Below, piece by piece: positions 56,756 through 64,000 of a stretch of DNA of 64,000 nucleotides (its first letter is position 1; the number at the start of each line of letters is the position of its first letter). Made by a program: the position numbers and the translations under genes. The notes beneath the pieces are model-generated. The model searched no databases. It worked only from the letters and a program-made list of their open reading frames with translations, and was not told the DNA's origin. The stretch is from Chloroflexota bacterium (GTDB lineage: Bacteria > Chloroflexota > UBA11872 > VXOZ01): the NCBI GenBank assembly GCA_965220175.1, contig OZ244814.1, positions 1,735,045-1,799,044 on the forward strand, given 5' to 3'.

Positions 56756-57784
56756 TCACGATTTGCCGTTTACCCTATCGTGGCAGTCTTCGCCACATTC
56801 AGCAACAGGAGGACTCTGAAGAAAAGCGGCGACTTCCTCACCGGTCGGCAGCGACGGTTGCGCGCCAAAGCGCCCGACCGTAATCGCGGCGGCCGCCGTT
56901 GCATTGCGGGCTGCGTCCGCGAGCGCCTCGCCACGTGCCAGCGCCGCTGCCAGTGCGCCGACAAAGGAGTCGCCGGCGGCGGTGCCATCAACGGTTGGCA
57001 CACGCCAGGCAGGGACCTGCAGAACACCGTCACTGGAAGCCAGAACGCTGCCTTCTGCGCCAAGCGTAAGTGAGAGTCCATCACGAACTTCGCCAAAAAG
57101 CTCCGCCGCAGCCACTCTTGCTTCAGCTATCGAATCCACTGGCTGGCCGAGCAGGCTGGCGGCTTCCGCTCGGTTTACGACCAGCACGTCCGTTTCTTTC
57201 AGCAACGAGGCGGCCTCCACGGTGCCGGGCGCGGCGTTCAAAATGGTCGTCAGTCTGTACTCGCGTGCCTGTGCGAGGGCCGCTCGCACCGTATCCAATG
57301 GGACTTCCAATTGGCAGACGAGAACGCGGCTCCGCTGAAACAACGTGGCGGCGGCAGCGACATGAGACGGCCTGAGCGCCGCGTTGGCGCCGGGGGCAAC
57401 CGCAATGACGTTGTCGCCGGAATCGTCGACGAGAATGAGAGCCGCGCCGGTTGGCAGCGTTGGGCAAATGGACTCGCCGCCAACGGTCACGCCGTAAGAC
57501 TTGAGATCGTGCAGGCGCTGCTTGCCGAATTCGTCAGCGCCGACGCATCCGAGCAGAGCAGTATGCGCGCCTAAACGGGCCGCTGCTACCGCCTGATTGG
57601 CGCCCTTGCCGCCGCTGATGTGCTGCAAGTCGCCGCCCAGCACGGTTTCGCCCGCCTGGGGGAGCGCCGGGACCGGCACAACCAGGTCCGTGTTGATGCT
57701 CCCAACGACCAACACTTCAAAATGCTGTTGGTTTCTTGCGTTGGGTGTGCAGTCGCCGGATGTGCGTTCGACAGCGGGTGCCAT
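56756..57784 (-). CDS. ribokinase-like PfkB family sugar kinase
   Basis: ISGGKGANQAVAAARLG (ribokinase signature 1) and DTTAAGDSF-like C-terminal motif (DGTAAGDSF). Confidence 0.7.
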   Translation of the reverse strand: MAPAVERTSGDCTPNARNQQHFEVLVVGSINTDLVVPVPALPQAGETVLGGDLQHISGGKGANQAVAAARLGAHTALLGCVGADEFGKQRLHDLKSYGVTVGGESICPTLPTGAALILVDDSGDNVIAVAPGANAALRPSHVAAAATLFQRSRVLVCQLEVPLDTVRAALAQAREYRLTTILNAAPGTVEAASLLKETDVLVVNRAEAASLLGQPVDSIAEARVAAAELFGEVRDGLSLTLGAEGSVLASSDGVLQVPAWRVPTVDGTAAGDSFVGALAAALARGEALADAARNATAAAAITVGRFGAQPSLPTGEEVAAFLQSPPVAECGEDCHDRVNGKS

Positions 57785-57854
57785 AATTCTTGTCTACGTA
57801 GAGGAATAGACCAGGCGGAATAGCGCTGTATTCGCTAAAACAGCGCAGACTCAT

Positions 57855-58598
57855 TCACTGTTTACTGTTCTCGCGGAGAACTCTCCACAGGTAGGGGATA
57901 AGCGTGAGCTGTCGTCGCCAGCGCCACGGCTGCCGCAAAAGCCGGTAGCACCACTCGAGATTCAGCCGTTGCACCCAGAGCGGCGCGCGGGCCACTGTTC
58001 CGGAAATGTAGTCAAAGCTCCCGCCGACGCCTATCGCTACGCGTGCACCGGTATCCGCCTGATACTGCCGAATCCAGAAGTCTTGCGCCGGACAGCCAAA
58101 AGCGACGAAGAGAAGGCCGGCGCCGGATTCCCGGATTTGCGCACATAGCGCGGGCGCTTCCTTGGGGTCGGGCGAACCAACGGCCGTCCCGGCTACCTTG
58201 AGGCCGGCGATGTCCCGCTGTAACGTCGCTGCCGCCTTGTCGGCTATCCCCGGTGCGGCGCCCAGCAAGAACACGGACACCTGCCTTGGCGCGGCGCGGG
58301 CGCACAATTCCTGCATAAGGTCTATGCCGGTTACCCGTGCCACGTTGGCGAGGCCCTTTCGGCGCAAGGCCCAGACGATGCCGGCGCCGTCCGGAACTAC
58401 CAGGCCCGCATCGCGTATAACTGAGCGGAAAGGTGCATCATGCTGCGCCAGCATGACGAATTCAGGATTGACCGTCACCACTTGATGGTGGCCGGCCTCT
58501 TCGAGAAACCGCAAACTCCGATCGACTGCTTCCGCCATGGTCAGGCAGTCCACTCGCACGCCGAGAACTTCGGCGCTTGCGGGTTCGTCGGCGCTCAT
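57855..58598 (-). CDS. WecB/TagA/CpsF family glycosyltransferase
   Basis: VTVNPEFVMLAQHD...VVPDGAGIVWAL typical of GT26; start at MSADEP (cat 58596-58598). Confidence 0.75.
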   Translation of the reverse strand: MSADEPASAEVLGVRVDCLTMAEAVDRSLRFLEEAGHHQVVTVNPEFVMLAQHDAPFRSVIRDAGLVVPDGAGIVWALRRKGLANVARVTGIDLMQELCARAAPRQVSVFLLGAAPGIADKAAATLQRDIAGLKVAGTAVGSPDPKEAPALCAQIRESGAGLLFVAFGCPAQDFWIRQYQADTGARVAIGVGGSFDYISGTVARAPLWVQRLNLEWCYRLLRQPWRWRRQLTLIPYLWRVLRENSKQ

Positions 58599-58603
58599 AT
58601 TGG

Positions 58604-59716
58604 CTAGCCGATCGCTTTGGTCTGTGTGAACTCTGTCCACTTTTCTTTAACAAACTCCCCAAACTGCGCCACGAATACTGCTTGATCGAATTGCGCGGCA
58701 GTCTCGCGGCAAACGTCAGGCGAATAGTCGCCGGAATTGAACTCTTGTAGCACCTGTGCAAATGCGGCTACTGACTGCTCTGCAACGAGCACGCCGTTGA
58801 CGCCCGGCTGCACAATCTCAGTCGCGCCGCCGGCCCCATAGGCGATCACGGGCTTGCCGGCGCTGAGCGCCTCCACCATTACAATGCCGAAATCTTCTTC
58901 TCCGGGAAAGAGCAAGGCACAACTACCGGAGAGTTGCGCGGCCAGTTCTTTTTCCGGCAGCCAGCCGAGAAAAGTAACGTTGGCAGGCGCCGTCTCCGCT
59001 AAGCGGTCACGGAGCGGACCGTCGCCTATCACGCGCAGGGGAACGCCGGCAGCTTGCGCCGCCGCAACTGCGATGTCGACGCGCTTATGGGCTTCCAAAC
59101 GTCCCACATATACATAATACCCCCCATCGCGTGTCGCCTGCGACTGGAAGCGGTGTGTGGCTACCGGCGGGTAGATGACGGTTGCCTTTCTGCCATAAAT
59201 GCGGCGTATGCGCTCCGCCACGGTCTGGGAGATCGCAACCATGTGGTGCGGCTGGGCCGCGGCCCATCTGTCCCAGCGCTGGAGGTGCGGTCGGAGCAGT
59301 GCATCGAGACCGCGCAGCGGCGGGCTCAGATCCTGGCGGTCCGTGGCCGGCGTCAGGCCCCAGAGAAAGCGCGGTGGCGTGTAGCAGTAGCAAATGTGCA
59401 ACGTGTCTTCGCGCCGCGGCAGGCCCTTGGCAGCGAAGCTTGCGGAGGAGACAACGACGTCGAAGGGCTCCATGTCAAAGCTGCGGGACGCCAGCGGGTA
59501 CAAGGGGGTGAGAAACTTCTGTAGACGTGCGGGATGGGGAATCCTTTGCAGAAACGACGTCCGCACGTTCCAATCAACTGTGTCCAGGGGAAACGCGCTG
59601 CGGTCTATAAAGGACGTATACACGGGCGCTTCCGGCCAGAGGCCGCGCATGACCGCCACGGTCTGCTCGGCGCCACCCAACGTATAGAAGTAATCGTGCG
59701 CTAGTGCCACTCGCAT
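58604..59716 (-). CDS. glycosyltransferase family 4
   Basis: GT-B fold, C-terminal EEDFGIVMVEALSAGKPVIA (E-x7-E motif region). Confidence 0.8.
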   Translation of the reverse strand: MRVALAHDYFYTLGGAEQTVAVMRGLWPEAPVYTSFIDRSAFPLDTVDWNVRTSFLQRIPHPARLQKFLTPLYPLASRSFDMEPFDVVVSSASFAAKGLPRREDTLHICYCYTPPRFLWGLTPATDRQDLSPPLRGLDALLRPHLQRWDRWAAAQPHHMVAISQTVAERIRRIYGRKATVIYPPVATHRFQSQATRDGGYYVYVGRLEAHKRVDIAVAAAQAAGVPLRVIGDGPLRDRLAETAPANVTFLGWLPEKELAAQLSGSCALLFPGEEDFGIVMVEALSAGKPVIAYGAGGATEIVQPGVNGVLVAEQSVAAFAQVLQEFNSGDYSPDVCRETAAQFDQAVFVAQFGEFVKEKWTEFTQTKAIG

Positions 59717-59874
59717 GTTGGCTCTATGCTAGCAAAGTGTGGCACGAAGGCACAGTGCCATGGCGTTTGTAGGGCATGCATTGGTTGCTCGTCTTATGGA
59801 AGCAGTGACGCAGACCTGGGAAGAGCGAAAAGCTGCGCACTTCGCCGCTACACTCTTGACGCAGTGCGGAAGAT

Positions 59875-59925
59875 GGAGATAATATAAAGAAAAATCACTT
59901 CAACTATAATTGATATATATGCGAG
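59875..59925. promoter_or_regulatory. AT-rich promoter/operator island upstream of arsR-family gene
   Basis: gataatataaagaaaaatcacttcaactataattgatatatatgcgagg in otherwise GC-rich DNA; imperfect dyad TATAATTGATATATA. Confidence 0.3.
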
Positions 59926-59955
59926 GTGAGGGGTAACATTCATCTAGGAGAAAAG

Positions 59956-60279
59956 ATGCAATCGGTCCGTGAACTCAGCAGACAGTTGCGTGCGCTTGCC
60001 AGTCGTTCGCGCCTGGAGATTCTTCAGCTCCTGGCCGCCAAGGAGGCGATGACGGTGACCGAATTGCGTGAGCAAGTGCGACTCAGCCAACCGTTGCTCT
60101 CGTGGCACTTGAGTATATTGCGGCGCGCGGGGCTGGTGGATGCAACCAAGGACGGCCGGCAGGTCTATTACGCGGTCAATCGTGCCGGTTTCCAGCAGGT
60201 CTTCCAAGAGCTCGATGAATTGCTGGGAACGGAACCGGGTGCGGACCCGGCGCTTGCGGAGCAAGTTGCCGGTTCGTAG
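59956..60279 (+). CDS. ArsR/SmtB family transcriptional regulator
   Basis: HTH region LEILQLLAAKEAMTVTELREQVRLSQPLLSWHLSILRRAGLV; AGGAG RBS before ATG 59956. Confidence 0.8.
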   Translation: MQSVRELSRQLRALASRSRLEILQLLAAKEAMTVTELREQVRLSQPLLSWHLSILRRAGLVDATKDGRQVYYAVNRAGFQQVFQELDELLGTEPGADPALAEQVAGS

Positions 60280-60389
60280 AGAGGCGCTTCCACCGAACAC
60301 GTTTAGGGTATGTACGGGTGCGGCAGCGAGATCGCACGCCACAGGAATGTAGCAAGTAGTTTTACAGCAGCGGCAGGAGAAGTGAACCG

Positions 60390-61499
60390 GTGAGTAGTAA
60401 GGTACGGGTAGCGATTGTTGGTGTAGGAAACTGCGCGTCGTCTCTGATTCAGGGCGTGCACTATTATCGAAACGCGGCGGACACGGACTTTGTTCCCGGC
60501 CTCATGCACGTGCGGTTGGGCGATTATCACGTCAGCGACATTGAGTTTTCTGCTGCTTTTGACGTTGACGAGAACAAAGTCGGCAAAGACCTGGGCGAGG
60601 CGATTTGGGAAGCGCCGAACAACACGATCAAGTTCTCTGAGGTCGAGCCACTCGGCGTGACGGTGCATCGCGGTATGACTCACGACGGTATCGGCCAGTA
60701 CCTTAGCGGCGTGGTAAACAAGGCGTCAGGCGCGACCGACGACATCGTAAACATCCTGAAGGAGACCGGCACGGACGTCCTCGTCAGCTATCTGCCGGTG
60801 GGCAGCGAACAGGCGACGAAGTGGTATGTAGAGCAGGTTCTGCAGGCCGGCTGCGCCTTCGTCAATTGCATTCCGGTCTTCATCGGCCGCGAGCCGTATT
60901 GGCAGCGGCGCTTCCACGAAGCGGGAGTGCCCATCGTGGGCGATGACATCAAGTCGCAGGTGGGAGCTACGATAGTCCATCGCGCCTTGGCCCGCTTGTT
61001 CCGGGAACGCGGTGTCCGCCTGGAAGAGACGAGCCAACTCAACGTCGGCGGCAATACCGACTTTCTCAACATGCTCGAACGCTCGCGCCTCAGTTCGAAG
61101 AAAGAATCCAAGACGAACGCGGTCACCTCGCAGTTGGACTATGATCCCGGCGGGGACAATGTCTACATTGGCCCCAGCGACCACGTGCCGTTCTTGGAAG
61201 ACCGCAAATGGGCGTATATCTACATGAACGGCCGGGCCTTTGGCGACGTGCCATTGCGTGCCGAGCTGAAGCTGGAGGTGTGGGATTCGCCAAACTCGGC
61301 CGGTGTGGTACTCGATGCTGTGCGCTTGGCCAAGATCGGGCTCGACCGGAATTTGAGCGGAACACTCGTCGCGGCGTCGGCCTACTTGATGAAGTCGCCG
61401 CCGCAGCAAATCGCTGACGAACGCGCACGCGCGATGTTGGAAGAGTTCATTGCTGGATCCGGTGACGATGCGGATCACGTGCTACGAGGTGCGGAGTAG
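60390..61499 (+). CDS. ino1: inositol-3-phosphate synthase (myo-inositol-1-phosphate synthase, short bacterial/archaeal type)
   Basis: [16 protein letters not shown] Rossmann start, NGSPQNTFVPGL-like and SYNHLGNNDG-like core motifs in diverged form, ~369 aa. Confidence 0.8.
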   Translation: MSSKVRVAIVGVGNCASSLIQGVHYYRNAADTDFVPGLMHVRLGDYHVSDIEFSAAFDVDENKVGKDLGEAIWEAPNNTIKFSEVEPLGVTVHRGMTHDGIGQYLSGVVNKASGATDDIVNILKETGTDVLVSYLPVGSEQATKWYVEQVLQAGCAFVNCIPVFIGREPYWQRRFHEAGVPIVGDDIKSQVGATIVHRALARLFRERGVRLEETSQLNVGGNTDFLNMLERSRLSSKKESKTNAVTSQLDYDPGGDNVYIGPSDHVPFLEDRKWAYIYMNGRAFGDVPLRAELKLEVWDSPNSAGVVLDAVRLAKIGLDRNLSGTLVAASAYLMKSPPQQIADERARAMLEEFIAGSGDDADHVLRGAE

Positions 61500-61518
61500 T
61501 CTAAGCCGAGATAGCGAG

Positions 61519-62448
61519 ATGTCAGTTGGCAACTTCTTAGGACGACTCTTGCTACAGATGGGTGCCGCACTTGACGGCGCCCTGTCGCAGACTGTCAAAT
61601 ATCGCATCGCGAGTGCGTTGGCGGGGGTGGTATTTGTGTCGTGGCAGACCGGCCGAGAAAACGCAATCAACAATATGTCCCATGTCTTGGGGAAACCGCC
61701 GCAGCACCCTGAGACGCAACGTGTTGCCAAGAAGTCCATGGAGAACTATAGCTGGTATCTGGCGGACTTTCTGAGCTGGCTGCGGATGACCCCCAAGCGC
61801 CTCAACAGTCGTGTCCGCGAGTTTAACGGCGAAGAGCACATTACCGAAGCCCTACAAGCCGGGAAGGGGGCTATATTCGTCTCCGGACACTTCGGTCTCT
61901 GGGACTTGGGCGGCGCCATGCTCGCGCAACGGTTTCCAGTACTCATCCCGGTTGACGAACTGCAAAACGGCGCCATGAATTGGATTGCGTGCAGGGTACG
62001 CGAGCGCTTGGGGATTGATACGGTCCCGGCGGAGATTGGGCTGCGCGCCATGTTGCGTCAATTGCAGGCCAACCGCGTCGTAGGCTTGCTGTTTGACCGG
62101 CCGATGACCGGGCGCGGCGTGCCGGTTGAGTTTTTTGGTAGCCGGGCACATTTGCCCTCAGGCCCGGCCGCACTTGCCCTACGCACCGGCGCCCCGCTGG
62201 TGATGTGCCAGTGCCAGCGTCTCAAGAACAACGGATTGGCCGTTACGGTTTACCCACCGATCTATGCCGTTTCCAGCGACGATGAGAAGCAGGACATTCA
62301 GACGACAATGCAGCAACTCACGGACCAGTTGGAGGAAGTCATCCGTTCGTGCCCCGAACAATGGTACATGTTTCGCGCAATGTGGCCGCAGACCTCGACT
62401 GCAGGGGCTCCCACTGAAGGTCGCGCCTATGAGGGAGAAGACGGATGA
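61519..62448 (+). CDS. lysophospholipid/lipid-A-type acyltransferase (HtrB/LpxL-PatA-like, PF03279)
   Basis: H-x4-D acyltransferase motif in FVSGHFGLWDLGG; size and position next to ino1 and GT4 resemble PIM acyltransferase loci. Confidence 0.7.
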   Translation: MSVGNFLGRLLLQMGAALDGALSQTVKYRIASALAGVVFVSWQTGRENAINNMSHVLGKPPQHPETQRVAKKSMENYSWYLADFLSWLRMTPKRLNSRVREFNGEEHITEALQAGKGAIFVSGHFGLWDLGGAMLAQRFPVLIPVDELQNGAMNWIACRVRERLGIDTVPAEIGLRAMLRQLQANRVVGLLFDRPMTGRGVPVEFFGSRAHLPSGPAALALRTGAPLVMCQCQRLKNNGLAVTVYPPIYAVSSDDEKQDIQTTMQQLTDQLEEVIRSCPEQWYMFRAMWPQTSTAGAPTEGRAYEGEDG

Positions 62449-63182
62449 GGCAAACACCAGTAGAGCCGTCAACCTCGACCTTGATGAGCAAGGCGGACTT
62501 GCACATTCATACGAAAGCGAGCGACGGCACCTTCACGCCCTATGAGATGCTGGAATATGTGAGCGCCGAAACCGATATAGCCGTCCTGGCCGTCACGGAC
62601 CACGATGAAATCGACGGAGCCTTGGAGGCCGCGGCCCTCGCCGAGCAGTTTCCAGGCGTGGACGTGATACCGGGCATCGAGGTGTCTACGTTCGACGGGC
62701 ATCTCATTGGCCTGTGGGTTGAGACGGCGTTTCCCGTACTGCGCAGCGCGGAATGGACGATTGACGCCATCCGCGAGCAAGGGGGTGTGATCGTTGTGCC
62801 GCACCCGACGTCTTGGTTGACGCTGAGTTTCAGACCATTCACATTCAAGAGACTGGCGAGGAAGGGCTATCAGTTCGATGCCATCGAGGTGATGAACGCT
62901 AGTCCGGCCGGCAAGATGAGCTATGAAAAGGCACTGGAGATCCAGCAGAGTCTCGGTCTTCCCCAGGTTGGCGGCAGTGATGCTCACATTTTGGAAGGAA
63001 TCGGCAAGGCGCATACGCTCTTCCCCGGAAGCACGGCCGCAGACGTGCGGGAAGCGATCGCGCAGAATACGACCCTGGCGCGCGGCGGCTACTTTGATTT
63101 AGATGAGTCAATGCTCTATTTCCGGCGCAAGATGCGGCGCTATGCGGACTGGCTGGGACAGACGCTTGTTCCCGGGAAGTGA
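62445..63182 (+). CDS. PHP-domain phosphoesterase
   Basis: ADLHIHTKASDG...AVTDHD...VVPHP...GGSDAHI metal-ligand motifs of PHP family; ATGA overlap with upstream acyltransferase. Confidence 0.75.
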   Translation: MRQTPVEPSTSTLMSKADLHIHTKASDGTFTPYEMLEYVSAETDIAVLAVTDHDEIDGALEAAALAEQFPGVDVIPGIEVSTFDGHLIGLWVETAFPVLRSAEWTIDAIREQGGVIVVPHPTSWLTLSFRPFTFKRLARKGYQFDAIEVMNASPAGKMSYEKALEIQQSLGLPQVGGSDAHILEGIGKAHTLFPGSTAADVREAIAQNTTLARGGYFDLDESMLYFRRKMRRYADWLGQTLVPGK

Positions 63183-63190
63183 GGCGGAGC

Positions 63191-64000
63191 ATGAAAATTG
63201 GCCTCGTTTCACCGTACGATTACGCCTACCCAGGTGGCGTGACTGAGCACATCAGTCACTTGAATGCGCAGTTCCAGGGTATGGGGCACGAGGTCCGTAT
63301 TCTGGCCCCGTCGTCTCAGTCGGAAGAGGAACTCCCCTACGACAACCTGTACCGGGTAGGGAAAACCATCGTCAAGGTGCCCACGAACGCCTCGGTTGCC
63401 CGCATTTCACTGTCGCTAACGCTCTCCCGCCAGGTGAAGGAAATCCTCGCAAACGAGCGCTTCGATGTGGTGCACTTGCACGAGCCGCTCGCCCCTGCCT
63501 TGCCCATCACCGTGCTCCGTCACTCGCGCACCGTAAACGTGGGTACGTTCCACACGTACAGACGGTCCCACTTCGCGTACCTCTACGGCAAACCCTTGCT
63601 GAAGCGCTATTTCAATCGGTTGCAGGGCCGGATCGCGGTCTCCGAGGCGGCGCGGGAGCTCATTGAGCGCTACTTCCCTTCCCAATACCGCATTATTCCC
63701 AACGGCATCGACATGCGGCTGTTCCAGAGCGCCCTGCCTCCATTTCCCGAACTCGAAGACGGCAAACTGAATGTGTTGTTTGTGGGGCGGCTGGAGAAAC
63801 GCAAGGGTCTCACCTACCTTTTGCACGCGCTGCGTAGAGTGCAGGACAGCGCGACTCACGACGTGCGCCTCATTGTTGTCGGAGCGTTTACGGAGGAACA
63901 GCGTGCGGAATACGAGAAGAGAGTGGCGCAGCTTGGGCTGTCAAATGTGCTCTTCGTTGGTTTCGTAAGCAGAGAAGACAAGGTGCGGTATTACAAGTCA
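63191..64000 (+). CDS. glycosyltransferase family 4 (PimA-like), 3' partial
   Basis: MKIGLVSPYDYAYPGGVTEHISHLNAQF N-terminal GT-B domain typical of PimA/MgtA-type mannosyltransferases; runs off window end. Confidence 0.75.
   Translation, partial: MKIGLVSPYDYAYPGGVTEHISHLNAQFQGMGHEVRILAPSSQSEEELPYDNLYRVGKTIVKVPTNASVARISLSLTLSRQVKEILANERFDVVHLHEPLAPALPITVLRHSRTVNVGTFHTYRRSHFAYLYGKPLLKRYFNRLQGRIAVSEAARELIERYFPSQYRIIPNGIDMRLFQSALPPFPELEDGKLNVLFVGRLEKRKGLTYLLHALRRVQDSATHDVRLIVVGAFTEEQRAEYEKRVAQLGLSNVLFVGFVSREDKVRYYKS

Overview
GC-rich bacterial chromosomal segment with about 50 protein genes and one tRNA-Asn. Taxon cannot be fixed from sequence alone; gene content (ino1 plus PIM-like acyltransferase/GT4, very GC-rich codons, weak U-tracts at terminators) is compatible with a high-GC lineage such as Chloroflexota or Actinomycetota. 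Most of the window is housekeeping or metabolic: M20 peptidase, CPA antiporter with CBS pair, Gfo/Idh/MocA oxidoreductases, galU, polyprenyl synthase, thpR, folK, hemW, DegT-type aminotransferase, argD/argG/argH, ctaB, hyuA/hyuB hydantoinase pair, sulfatase, ndk, a split ADP-heptose rfaE pair, WecB and GT4 glycosyltransferases, and an ArsR-ino1-acyltransferase-PHP-GT4 inositol-lipid cluster. The stand-out is an accessory block downstream of tRNA-Asn (about 32.1 to 45.6 kb). It holds a small acidic, cysteine-free precursor peptide with a textbook double-glycine leader (L-x-x-E-L-x-x-x-x-G-G), immediately followed by a 13-bp-stem/T7 intrinsic terminator. After that comes a three-gene NHLM-type export set: HlyD, a C39-peptidase ABC transporter, and a second ABC transporter with a cNMP-binding-like N-domain. 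No recognisable modification enzyme is encoded in that operon. A convergent C45 Ntn-hydrolase/acyltransferase and a 612-aa unknown protein sit opposite it. Notable non-coding structure: a 36-bp x ~7 tandem repeat that exactly fills the spacer between the two halves of a normally fused hldE (rfaE); two families of dispersed palindromic REP-like repeats; a perfect CRP-type TGTGA-N6-TCACA site upstream of ctaB; and several GC-rich convergent-gene hairpins.
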